From contig OZ244207.1 of the NCBI GenBank assembly GCA_965216875.1, positions 4,032,001-4,096,000 on the forward strand: a stretch of DNA of 64,000 nucleotides, written 5' to 3'. This DNA comes from Rubripirellula sp. (GTDB lineage Bacteria; Planctomycetota; Planctomycetia; Pirellulales; Pirellulaceae). Both the position numbers and the translations under genes were made by a program. This document shows, one piece after another, positions 25,307 through 35,800 of this stretch; positions within the stretch are counted from its first letter, which is position 1; the number at the start of each line of letters is the position of its first letter. The notes under the pieces were generated by a model. It was not told where the DNA came from, made no database searches, and saw only the letters and a list, made by a program, of their open reading frames with translations.

Positions 25307-28300
25307 TTACTGACGAATGAACTTCAGCAGATCCGATAACTCGGTGTCGCTGATCGATTCGCCGAGGTTGCTTGGCATCAGCGATCGGCCCGCTTCTTTG
25401 CGGCGTTCGATTTCATCAACCTCGATGCGATGTTCCTTGCCCTGGTTGTCCACGATGGTGACTTGTTGGTCGTCTTCAGCGCGGACCAGACCAATCAGGA
25501 CACGGCCGTCGTCGAGCAAGAAGCTTGTCGAACGAAAGGCTTTGTCGACGTTTTGATCGGGCGTCAAAATATCTTCGAGCAAACGTGCAGCGGTTCGCGT
25601 CACGGCTCCATCAAGTTGCGGGCCGACCACGACTCCTTTGCCGCGCAGTTGGTGACAGTTCATGCAGTGCTTCTTGAAGACCTCACCACCGCGTGAAGCG
25701 TTTCCACTAGCAACGTCGATCGAGTCTTGCAGCTTCGCCAAGCGTTCGGCTGCTTCTCCCTGCGGCTGCACGTCTGCCGTAAGACGCTCGAAGGTTTTCT
25801 TTTGAACGTCATCGAGTCGTGGCAGAAGCGATGCAGAGACATTGGCGTCGGCAATCGCAGCGCGACCAATCAGTCCTTGTTGGGTCCAATCGAGCAAGGT
25901 TCCTGGTCGACCGCCACCGGCGCTCCATGCGGCCGCAAAATCGCGTTGCTGACGCGCCGTCAACGTCGCCAACCATTTCTGTGCCGACTCATCATAAGAA
26001 ACAGGGTCGTCGGCCAAAGCGTGTTGGACCAGAGTCGTCTGCAACGATCGTGGCGTCGGGGTTTCCTTGACTCGACTTAACAGGATCTGCCGGTCGGTGT
26101 GACCGCGAAGCGTGCAAAGCGTGGTGGCAAAGTCGAGCTCAAGCAGCGGAGAGAGGTTGCCGCTGGCAACCAGTTGCTCGAGCGATGGTTCGAAACGTTT
26201 CAAACGCAGACGCTGAATCCATTGATTGGCCTTTTGCAGTGACGCGGTGGACTCAAGATCCATGACCCAAGCCGGTTCAAATCCGCCGACCGCTAGCCAT
26301 GCGTACGCGTTACCGTTGTCGCCATCGACGCACTCAAGATGGACCGGACGCCCGTCCATGGAGGTGAGGTCCCAGCGAACTCGATAAGCCGTATCATTGC
26401 GCGGCGGAAACGCTTCTTTGACAACTCGGCCAGTCTCCGATTCGACGAGCCGGACGCCGTTTTTTCGGTGATCCTCCTCGTCGGGGTGTCCATTGTGACC
26501 AGCGAGCCAGAAGTGGATGCTTTGCGGCGCAGCGAAGCGGTCACTGCGCAGCGTGCCGGTGTATCGCTCGCCGCGCGTGATGCTGTCCACCAAGTCGGCT
26601 TCCGTTTGATTCTCGGACCAAACCTTCCGAGCCCGACGGGCCCACATCGTGCCGTCGCTGGTTGTCCAAGTCACGGTCGGCCGCGGGCTTTCGTTCGTCG
26701 TCTGCTCACCAAGCTCGCTTGCAACCAACGCTTCCGCCCAACCGGCGAGCGCGTCGTTGGAGCGCGCCGATGCTGTCCCCTGGGCGGTAACGAGCGTCTC
26801 AAGCAAACGCCACTGGTCCTGTTGGTCCGTCGCGATACTCTTTGCGACTTCGATGCACTCACTCAGGTCCTCGTCGGCGACATGATTGACCAAGTGACTG
26901 AGTAACTCGCTGCGATCCTTCGTATTGGGATGCTTCCTCAAGAACGCAAGCAACGGCTCCGAAACCTTCGGGTCGGACAATCCAAGCAGGATCGACGCGA
27001 GTTCGACGTTTGCGGGCTCTCGCCAAAGCGGATCGGTTGCCGGCGTGCGATCTAGGATGTCACGCATTGTGATGCGAAACGTTTGCCGAAGGATGACATC
27101 GTCTGCATCAACGTTGCCGAGATGTTCAAGCAGCGTTGCGACGTCGCCGGCATTCCCCAATTCACGTAGCGCTTCCGCAGCAGCTTGCACCACGAAAGCG
27201 TTGGAATCAGCCAGCAGGTCGATGCAAACAGAATGCAGCGCTGCGGGCGGAGCGTTCGCAGCAAGCTGACGCATCGCTTCGACGCGAATTCGCGGGTCGT
27301 GATCCTTACAAAGGGAAAGAAGGTCAACCGTTTCGATCTTGCCGGTGCGGCGCAACGCGTGAATCTCGGCGACCCGCTCTTGAGTGTTTGAGGCAGGCGT
27401 TTGGGATGCGGCATGCTTGTCGCCAACGTACCGAATTTGCCAAATGCGACCGCTGGTTCGATCACGACCCGGATGATCGAGCGGCACTTCGTAGTGTCCA
27501 ATGATCCGATTGTAAAAATCGGTCACGTAAATGCATTCGTCGGGGCCAAGACGCAAGTCGACGGGACGAAACCAGGGGTCATCGCTGGTCAGGAAGTCGC
27601 CAAGTTCCGTTCCCACCGCCGTCGCACCCTGGTAGCTCAGGCGATTTCGGTTGATCCGTGACGTCATCACGTTGCCGCTAAGCAATTGGTCGCGCAGCGG
27701 GACGATGGGCGAATCAGGACCGAAGTGAACGATGCCGCATATCGCCGTGCTGCCGTGCAAGTGTTCCACCGTTGGTGGTACAAAGCCCAATCCGTCATGT
27801 GGTCGTCCAAAACTTGGGTAACACCCGCCACGCAGTAACTGTGTGATCGGTTTGCTGTGGCAGTCGGCAGAGTAAAAGAAGCCCCAATGATCCTGGGTCA
27901 TCCCAAAGGGATTGACCTGACCATGAGTGACCACTTCGATGCGGCTGCCATCCGGACGGAACCGAAACGTGTTCCCGGAACTCATCTTCACCGTGTGGCC
28001 ATCTTTGCCAGTCACTTCGCTTTGGTTGTTGAAACCGTGACACGCATAAATCCAGCCGTCGCCTCCATCACGCAGCGCATTGACCATCCCGTGGGTATCA
28101 CGTGTGGTGTCAAACGGCCCGAGCACGACTTCGCGGCGATCACATACACCGTCGTTGTCGGTGTCGCGCAGATACAAGATATTCGGGATGCTGAAACAGA
28201 GGCATCCGTCACCGTAGGGCAAGATGCCGATTGGGATATTGAGTTTGTCGGCGAACTTGGTGACCCGATCGGCGGTACCGTCACCGCTTGAGTCTTCAAG

Positions 28301-28684
28301 GATCATGACGGCATCGGACGGCTCGGCCTCCTTCGACGGATACGGATACTCGATGCTTTGCGTCAGCCAAACGCGAGTCTTGTTCTTTCCCGTTCCCTTT
28401 TCGTCAAAGGCGATGTTGAGCGGCTTGGCGATTTGAGGTTCAGACGCGAAAAGCCGAATCTCGAAACCCGGAGGAAGGTGGAAGCCGAGTCGTTCTTTTT
28501 CGGGTTCTAGCCAAGGCGTCGACCGGACGCCCTCGCCATAGACTGCTGCGGCCGTCTTGGGTTCTGCTGAAGCCTGGGCAAGCGAGTCGGTGGTCTGCGC
28601 GAAACTGTGTTGGCTACAAAACAACAACGGCATGATCGTCGCGATGACGCACGATCCAACGGGGCCAGTAAGAGCGTTTTTCAA
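25307..28684 (-). CDS. PVC-type heme-binding CxxCH protein (dehydrogenase-like propeller, HEAT repeats, cytochrome c)
   Basis: FHLPPGFEIRLFASEP, WFRPVDLRLGPD, DFYNRIIGHYEV, CMNCH, GPQLDG, SLMP; TTG 28684 gives a signal peptide (start uncertain). Confidence 0.9.
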   Translation of the reverse strand: MKNALTGPVGSCVIATIMPLLFCSQHSFAQTTDSLAQASAEPKTAAAVYGEGVRSTPWLEPEKERLGFHLPPGFEIRLFASEPQIAKPLNIAFDEKGTGKNKTRVWLTQSIEYPYPSKEAEPSDAVMILEDSSGDGTADRVTKFADKLNIPIGILPYGDGCLCFSIPNILYLRDTDNDGVCDRREVVLGPFDTTRDTHGMVNALRDGGDGWIYACHGFNNQSEVTGKDGHTVKMSSGNTFRFRPDGSRIEVVTHGQVNPFGMTQDHWGFFYSADCHSKPITQLLRGGCYPSFGRPHDGLGFVPPTVEHLHGSTAICGIVHFGPDSPIVPLRDQLLSGNVMTSRINRNRLSYQGATAVGTELGDFLTSDDPWFRPVDLRLGPDECIYVTDFYNRIIGHYEVPLDHPGRDRTSGRIWQIRYVGDKHAASQTPASNTQERVAEIHALRRTGKIETVDLLSLCKDHDPRIRVEAMRQLAANAPPAALHSVCIDLLADSNAFVVQAAAEALRELGNAGDVATLLEHLGNVDADDVILRQTFRITMRDILDRTPATDPLWREPANVELASILLGLSDPKVSEPLLAFLRKHPNTKDRSELLSHLVNHVADEDLSECIEVAKSIATDQQDQWRLLETLVTAQGTASARSNDALAGWAEALVASELGEQTTNESPRPTVTWTTSDGTMWARRARKVWSENQTEADLVDSITRGERYTGTLRSDRFAAPQSIHFWLAGHNGHPDEEDHRKNGVRLVESETGRVVKEAFPPRNDTAYRVRWDLTSMDGRPVHLECVDGDNGNAYAWLAVGGFEPAWVMDLESTASLQKANQWIQRLRLKRFEPSLEQLVASGNLSPLLELDFATTLCTLRGHTDRQILLSRVKETPTPRSLQTTLVQHALADDPVSYDESAQKWLATLTARQQRDFAAAWSAGGGRPGTLLDWTQQGLIGRAAIADANVSASLLPRLDDVQKKTFERLTADVQPQGEAAERLAKLQDSIDVASGNASRGGEVFKKHCMNCHQLRGKGVVVGPQLDGAVTRTAARLLEDILTPDQNVDKAFRSTSFLLDDGRVLIGLVRAEDDQQVTIVDNQGKEHRIEVDEIERRKEAGRSLMPSNLGESISDTELSDLLKFIRQ

Positions 28685-28861
28685 AGGTGTTGCCGAGAGA
28701 GAGGTGGGGGCGGGGGTAGGGCTTGGTTCGCCGGTAAGACCGTCAGCAGTTGGTACGACCAAGACGCGTACGTCTTCAGTCTACTCGACTCGCCATCCCT
28801 GTTCGTAGTAATGACAGTGCGAAGAGGTGATTTGCTTGCCGAGGCAAACGTGCGCACCAAC

Positions 28862-28970
28862 AATCACCCTCCCGCTTGCGGGAGGGTCGGACGCAAAGTC
28901 CGGGGAGGGAACAATCGTTCCAAGACAGACCCTCTCCGGGCCTTAGAGCCCGACTCTCCCAAGGGAGAGT
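28862..28970. repeat. REP-like composite palindromic repeat
   Basis: aatcaccctcccgcttgcgggagggtcggacgcaaagtccggggaggg ... ccctctccgggccttagagcccgactctcccaagggagagt. Confidence 0.8.
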
Positions 28971-29053
28971 GTTAGCCAAAGCGCAATTGCAATCTGTAGC
29001 TCTGCGCCTCCGGATTCCTTTCGGGAGATCGGCGAGCGGATATAATCCCGGAC

Positions 29054-29989
29054 ATGAACAGGAAATACGCGATCATTGGTGCCGGTGCTCTCGGTGGACT
29101 CTACGGTGGGATGCTGGCACGCCATGGCTTTGAGGTGCATTTTCTTTTCAACCGCGATTACGACCACGTTGTGGCAAACGGTCTGAAAGTTGACAGTACT
29201 TGGGGCAATTTTCATTTAGAGAACGTCAACGCACACGCCTCGGCTGCGACCATGCCAGCTTGCGATGTGACGCTCGTCGGTCTCAAGACAACCAACAACC
29301 ACTTGCTTCCCGAACTTCTTGCCCCGCCAACCCGAGACGACGGACTTGTGTTGGTCCTACAAAATGGGCTCGACGTGGAAGCCGACGCGGCAGCGATTGT
29401 CGGAAAAGACCGCGTGTTGGGTGGCTGCTGCTTCTTATGCAGCAACAAAGTGGGTCCCGGACACATTCACCACCTCGATTTTGGCCGGATTGTTTTTGGT
29501 GAATACGACCCGGCGACGCCACTCGACCTGCGTGCCGAGTCGATTTGCAAAGACATGACCGATGCGGGCATCGATGCACAAACGACCCACAATCTGCTGC
29601 TCGCTCGTTGGCGAAAATTGATGTGGAACATCCCGTTCAATGGTTTGTCCGTCGCACTCGATGCGACGACCAAAGACTTGGTCGACAACGCCGACTCACT
29701 TGCGCTCTGCGAAACGATCATCGCCGAAGTTCACTCGGCCGCGAAGGCGTGCGGCGTTGAGATTCCAACAGAGATGATGGAAAAGACGATCGACAACACC
29801 AAGAAGATGGTCCCCTACGACAGCAGCATGCGATTGGACTTTTTGAACAAGCGTCCGATGGAAATCGAATCCATCTTTGGCAACCCCATTCGCGCGGCGC
29901 GTGCGGCCGGTACCGCGATGCCGCAAGTCGAAATGCTGTACCGTCAGCTTCGCTTCATCGATCGCGAAAAAATCACTTCGTCATCGTGA
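29054..29989 (+). CDS. panE: 2-dehydropantoate 2-reductase (ketopantoate reductase family)
   Basis: IIGAGALGGLYG, LQNG, RWRKLMWNIPFN, SSMRLDF, EIE. Confidence 0.88.
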   Translation: MNRKYAIIGAGALGGLYGGMLARHGFEVHFLFNRDYDHVVANGLKVDSTWGNFHLENVNAHASAATMPACDVTLVGLKTTNNHLLPELLAPPTRDDGLVLVLQNGLDVEADAAAIVGKDRVLGGCCFLCSNKVGPGHIHHLDFGRIVFGEYDPATPLDLRAESICKDMTDAGIDAQTTHNLLLARWRKLMWNIPFNGLSVALDATTKDLVDNADSLALCETIIAEVHSAAKACGVEIPTEMMEKTIDNTKKMVPYDSSMRLDFLNKRPMEIESIFGNPIRAARAAGTAMPQVEMLYRQLRFIDREKITSSS

Positions 29990-30091
29990 AATGGATTGCA
30001 AACTCTGACAATCACGATTGAGCGGCGATCGCGTAAGCGGCCTGAGTTTTTGCACCAACCTGCGCGTAGCAAGTGCCCGAGGTCTCACGGG

Positions 30092-31492
30092 CTAGGTCGC
30101 CGGAAGCGGCGCCGGAAGCGGCGCCGGAGTCAATTGCCGATCAGGCACATTCAAGTCCCCGGTTGCCAATCCCCGTGCGTAGACGGTCATCGCGATCCCG
30201 CCAAGGAAGAACAGGAACATGTGGACCATGGGAATGATCAAGACGTCTTGGAACATGCCGTTGCAGAAGTAGGCGATCAAGCCACCAAGCATCATCAAGC
30301 CGACACCGCGCTGATCGTTGCAGCCTGGACTTCGAGCCAATTGCCACGCGACGCCCGCGAGATTGACGAGCACGCCGACAAACAAGGTCAATCCAATCAG
30401 GCCTGAGTCGACCAGAATGGACAAAAAGATGTTGTGCTGTGCGTAGGGCCGAGCCGTTTCCAAGGGCAGGCCGTAGCTGCGGATTTCGTGGTACGGCGGC
30501 GAGTGTTCGAAATAGTGCCCGAACCCGTGCCCCACCAGCGGCTTGTCTTTGAACATTTCGTAGCCAACGATCGCCAACAGCGGTCGAAGTTGGACCGACT
30601 TTTCAGCATCCGCAGCCGTGAGGTGTTTGTCACGTTTGAGTCGCAATAATTGGTCCTTCAATCCCATTGCCATCGCGCCGCCGAACAAGATTGCCGTGGC
30701 CACTCCCAGCACACGTACCCAACGCGGTGCATGGACCATCGCGATGATACCAATGGTTGCCGCAGCACCGAGCCAAGCACTCCGTGTCAGCGTTGCGTAG
30801 ACTCCGCCCATGATCACCACCGTCGCAATCGCGTAAAGCAGCTTGCCTTGGCGGTCGCTTCGGAAGAAGCCTAGGACCGAAGCGACCAACGCGATCGACA
30901 TGACGATCCCGTTTCCGGCGGGATTGAGCAGTGGACCGCGACCACGTCCGTAAAACTCCCACGTCTCGGCGCTGACGATAAACTTGGGAAAGACCAGACT
31001 GTGCAAACCGGTGACTTCGCAGACAGCGGTGACGGCAAGGTAGACGCCGAGCGCGACCATTGCATTCATGAACCAGCGAACGTCGCGCTGATGCAGTTGG
31101 ACAAATCGACTGATCATGTACATTCCAACAGGCATGGCGATGTAAAAGATCCATCGCGCCGTCGGGGAACCTCCCGCGGGTGCTCCGCCGCCAGTGACCG
31201 CACTGACCAGAAGCCAGCCAGTGAGCGCGATCAGCATCCAATCGACTCGACTCGGTTTGGAAAGGGTCAGCAATCCCATTCGCCATCGAATCGCGAGGAT
31301 ACCGAACATGGCGACCCAAAGGATTCGATCGGCGCTGAATTGAATCGGTCCATTGAGTGCAAAGAAGGCTGGCCCGAACACGGTACCAACGATCAACACC
31401 GTCGTGGCAAGTGGTGTCATTCGTCCGCTCTGGACGATCGGGATCATCCACACCATAGCGGCGAGACCAAATAAGACTGCAAGGAACGTCAC
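30092..31492 (-). CDS. O-antigen ligase family protein (Wzy_C)
   Basis: Polytopic membrane protein; TLTRSAWLG, KPLVGHGFGHY, QHNIFLSILVDSGLIG. Confidence 0.9.
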   Translation of the reverse strand: MTFLAVLFGLAAMVWMIPIVQSGRMTPLATTVLIVGTVFGPAFFALNGPIQFSADRILWVAMFGILAIRWRMGLLTLSKPSRVDWMLIALTGWLLVSAVTGGGAPAGGSPTARWIFYIAMPVGMYMISRFVQLHQRDVRWFMNAMVALGVYLAVTAVCEVTGLHSLVFPKFIVSAETWEFYGRGRGPLLNPAGNGIVMSIALVASVLGFFRSDRQGKLLYAIATVVIMGGVYATLTRSAWLGAAATIGIIAMVHAPRWVRVLGVATAILFGGAMAMGLKDQLLRLKRDKHLTAADAEKSVQLRPLLAIVGYEMFKDKPLVGHGFGHYFEHSPPYHEIRSYGLPLETARPYAQHNIFLSILVDSGLIGLTLFVGVLVNLAGVAWQLARSPGCNDQRGVGLMMLGGLIAYFCNGMFQDVLIIPMVHMFLFFLGGIAMTVYARGLATGDLNVPDRQLTPAPLPAPLPAT

Positions 31493-32592
31493 GACTGAGT
31501 TCCTTTCAGGCTGATTTTCTGGGCACTCTCAGGAGTGCGGCCGCCCGTTAGCATCGCAACGGCCGACGGCACGAGTCGATTCATTAGCGTCGCAGCAACA
31601 AAGCAGATCACAATCGCCGTCGGAAAGGTGACGTAGAACCAACCCGGCTTATCCATCGTCGATTCCGCAACCCGCTCGACGACCGCGCGCAACGGAAACT
31701 CGTGAACGAGGTAGACGAAGAATGCCATTCCGCTAAGGCGAACAAGGACTTCACTACGAATCTTCCAACAGCAGGCGAACAACGCACCGCACCCGACGAC
31801 GATCGAGATCTTGTGCATCAGCAAGTTGGTGATCGAGTAATCGCCGCGGTACCAACAGTCAAAATCGGCTCGCATCATGATGCGCGTCACGACCAGGTCG
31901 AACCAGAGAATCATCAAACCGGCAACGGCTGACACGCTCAGTTTGCCGAGGCTTTCCACCATCCAGCTTCGATCGACGAGCGCTGCGCCGATGGAAAAGA
32001 ACAACAGCGTTTCCATATTCAGAAGATGCCAACCGGCAACCAATGGAAACGGTTGGAAATTGAAGAACCAAATCGACGCGATAAAGCCCAAGTACGCAGC
32101 CGGGGCCGCAGCAACAAAACGTCGAATCACCGGCGCGATCGCAACCAAAACCAACAGGTCACGAAGGAACCAAAGCTGTTCGGCCGGCGGGCGCAACAAC
32201 CATGTTGCCAAGAACTGTCCCATCGATAGCTGAACCGGATCACCCTCGGCGTGGCGAACGACCAACCAACTTGTGGTCGCGAGCGAGGCGACGATGAAAT
32301 AGGGAATCAGGACGGTGCGTCCGCGCTGCTTGAGCTTTCTCAGGTAGCAAGCTCGCGTCCCATCGTCGCTGCGAAAGTAAAACAGTCCAGCGGCCAGTGC
32401 GAACAGCGGCACGGCGATACGGGCCAATCCGCCCAACAAGAATTCCTGCGACAATTCGTTCCATGTCGCATTGTCGGCCAGCGGTGAAGTGGGCGCGGCA
32501 GATTGGTAATGGATTCCGACCACCAGCAGCGTCGAGACCAGGGCCACGATCTGGAACGTTTGTTTTGCTTCGGCCGACAAGTCTTGAGCCAC
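31489..32592 (-). CDS. Acyltransferase family 3 membrane protein
   Basis: LVVGIH, ARIAVPLF, QLWFLRDL, AFFVYLVH; GTGA overlap with the ligase gene. Confidence 0.9.
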   Translation of the reverse strand: MAQDLSAEAKQTFQIVALVSTLLVVGIHYQSAAPTSPLADNATWNELSQEFLLGGLARIAVPLFALAAGLFYFRSDDGTRACYLRKLKQRGRTVLIPYFIVASLATTSWLVVRHAEGDPVQLSMGQFLATWLLRPPAEQLWFLRDLLVLVAIAPVIRRFVAAAPAAYLGFIASIWFFNFQPFPLVAGWHLLNMETLLFFSIGAALVDRSWMVESLGKLSVSAVAGLMILWFDLVVTRIMMRADFDCWYRGDYSITNLLMHKISIVVGCGALFACCWKIRSEVLVRLSGMAFFVYLVHEFPLRAVVERVAESTMDKPGWFYVTFPTAIVICFVAATLMNRLVPSAVAMLTGGRTPESAQKISLKGTQS

Positions 32593-32881
32593 GGATCTGA
32601 CGCTAATTGCTAGGCGTTTTGCGGAGTTATGTCCGATCGATCACATTCCACCTCGGTGGCAGATCGACACGCTGAAACATAGGTCGCCGTCGCCGGCCCG
32701 CTCACCAAGCTCGGTGAAAGCGGGCTCGATTTCGTATGAAGAATCGGTAAAGCCGTTGCGACCGGACCCAAATAGTTCAACTTGTTCCAGATGCGCCAAT
32801 TGCGTTGCCTGTGCCGGCATCTAGTCTGTGAAGGGACACCATCGCAAGTTTCTCGACGGACGTACTTTGACAGGTTTTTTG

Positions 32882-35800
32882 ATGTCCCAACGATCGCGAA
32901 TCCGTACACGCCGATCCCTTCGAAATGCTCTTCGCAGCGGCCTACGACGCCCCGCGCCCCATCGCGGCGGCCGCACCAAGACCACTTGGTCCGCGACCAC
33001 GCTCGAGCCGCGTTTGCTGTTGGCTGGCGATGCAACCGCCGCGCCCGTTGCCGCTGTCGAGGCGGTCACCGAGATTCCCGCCGATCAGTCTCAATCCGCT
33101 GCTGTCGAGATCGCGTTCGTCGACCCGAGCGTCAACAACATTGACCAGCTCACCGCGTTGTCGCGTGATGGCGTCGAGATCGTTTTGATCGACAACACGT
33201 CGCCCGCACTCCAGCAGATGACCGATGTTCTGACCATGCACCGCAACGTTTCGGCAGTGCACATTGTTTCGCACGGTGACGCTGGCAAAATCGCATTTGG
33301 TGACCAAACGATTGATCACCAAGATCTTCTATCGAATCGTCATCTGCTTTCACAGTGGCGTGCGGCTTTGGGCGATCAAGCGGACGTGTTGATCTACGGC
33401 TGCGACACAGCCCGCGGCAGCGAAGGTGCAAACTTCCTTGACACCATCGCGTCGCTCACTGGCGCCGATGTTGCCGGATCGACCAACCGCACCGGCAGTG
33501 ATGCCAACACTGGCGACTGGGTCCTGGAGCGAACGACGGGCGTGATCGATGCATCGTTGCTGGCATGCCACGGCGATCTCAACGCGATGGATGTCGTCCT
33601 GCCGATCAATATTCGTGCAGCAGGGTCGACAGGCGAAGAAGAGATGTTGCTGCAAATCGATGGTGTCACCGTCGCGACCTTCAACAACATTGGTGGCAAT
33701 GCGGGTGCGGGACAATACGAAACCTACACCTACAACAACGCGTCGCCCGTCTCAGCCAATCAGGTTCGAATCGTCTTTACCAATGACGTCTATGAACCTG
33801 CGCAAGGTATCGACCGCAATCTCCGGATCGACAACATCGAAATCGACGGCGTGGTGTTTGAAACCGAAGACCCGAGTGTCTTTGGAACGGGAACCTGGCG
33901 ACCAAGCGACGGCATCCAACCTGGTTTTCGCGAAAGTGAATGGCTACACGCAGACGGTTATTTCCAATACGCCGAGACGTCGACCGGAACCGGCAGCGAC
34001 ATCACCATCTACGCTGCCGGGAATGAAAACGCCGAGAACATGGAATTGTGGATCGACGGTGTTTCCGTTGCTGCATGGACCAACATTGGCGGCAATGCAT
34101 CTTCCGGTCAATTCGCTGCGTACCAGTTCAGCGCGGATGAGACGGTGACAGCCGACCAGATTCAAGTGCACTTCACCAACGACCGCTGGGATCCATCGCA
34201 AGGCATAGATAACAACCTGCGTGTCGACCGAATCGTGATCGACGGCACTTCCTATCAAACCGAGGCTCCCAACGTCTATTCGACGGGGACGTGGAAAGAG
34301 GGCGAGATCACACCAGGATTCAAAGAAGACGAAACGCTTCACACCAACGGTTACTTCCAATACGGATCGTCGCTCGATGCGGGCGTCATCGCGCTGGCCA
34401 CCAGCACGGTGACCGTGAACGAAAGTGACGGCCAAGCAACCATCGACGTGGTACGCACAGGCGGATCGGTCGGCCAAGTCACGGTCGACTACGATACCGA
34501 ACTTGGCACGGCAACAGCGGGCAGCGACTACACCTCAGTCGCCGGAACACTCACCTTTGCCGAAGGCGAGACCGTCAAGACGATTGTCATTCCGATCCTC
34601 GATGATTCCGCGGCCGAGTCGATCGAGCAATTCGGTGTGACGATCGACAATGTCAACGGTGGCGCCGTGCTGCTTGTTCCACGAACCGCAACCGTCACGA
34701 TTGTGGACGACGAAGTCTCGCTACCGGAATACAACGACTTCAGCTCGGTGGCTGGACTCACCCTCAATGGCGACGCCGTCCGCGATGGCGATGAACTGCG
34801 TCTGACGCCCACTTCGGACAATCGCGCCGGATCAGCCTTTTTCGACACCGCGATTTCCCTCGACAACAACGCTTCCTTCCGCAGTAGCTTTGCGTTTCGG
34901 GTTTCCGGCGGCAGCGGTGGCGCCGATGGTCTTACCTTCACCATTCAAAACGACACAGCCGGAGCGAACGCAATCGGGTCAACCGGTGGTGGGCTTGGTT
35001 ACGAAGGGATCACCAATTCGGTTGCCGTTGAATTTGATAACTACAAGAATCCCTATGACGTCAACGGAAACCACGTCGCGATCATCGAAGGCGGCTCGGT
35101 CAGCAGTTCTTTGAAAACACTCGAACCGAGTTTCAACCTAAACAGCGGATCAACGTATTACGCCTGGGTCGAATACAACGGCACAAGCGATGTGTTGGCG
35201 GTCTACCTCAACAATTCCAACTCAAAACCAGCAACGGCACTCTTGAAGGCGACCGTCGATCTCGAATCCGTCGTGGGCAACAGCGCCTACTTCGGTTTCA
35301 CGGCGGCGACCGGCGGAGCCAACAATGCTCATCGGATCTTGAGCTGGCAGATGGACCAACAGATTCCGCCACAGGATCCGCCAACCGAGCAAGGGGATAC
35401 CGTTGTTGCAATCGACGTGATTGCCAATCAAGGCCTCGCCCTGCCGACAGCGATTGAATGGCTACCCGACGGCACGATGCTGATCGCAGAGAAGGGTGGT
35501 GTGGTCAAAACCGCGAAGGATGGTGTTGTTTCGAGCACGCCGTTTATCGACATTTCAAACATCGTCAACGGTGTCCGCGATCGCGGCTTGCTCGATATCG
35601 CAGTGCACCCCGACTTCGAAAACAACCCATACGTTTACTTGCTGTTCACCTACGATCCACCCGAAGTCTTCAATCAACAAGCTGGAACACTTGCCGGGCC
35701 TGATGGCAAAGGCAATCGTGCTGGCCGAATGATTCGCGTCACCGCCGACGCGAGCAACGGTTACTTGACGGCCGTCGCAGGCAGCGATGTCGTTTTGTTG

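Noticed and set aside
30095..30130. 12-bp tandem repeat encoding PAPLPAPLPA at the ligase C-terminus
   Set aside because: Short slippage repeat in a disordered tail; no evidence of function.
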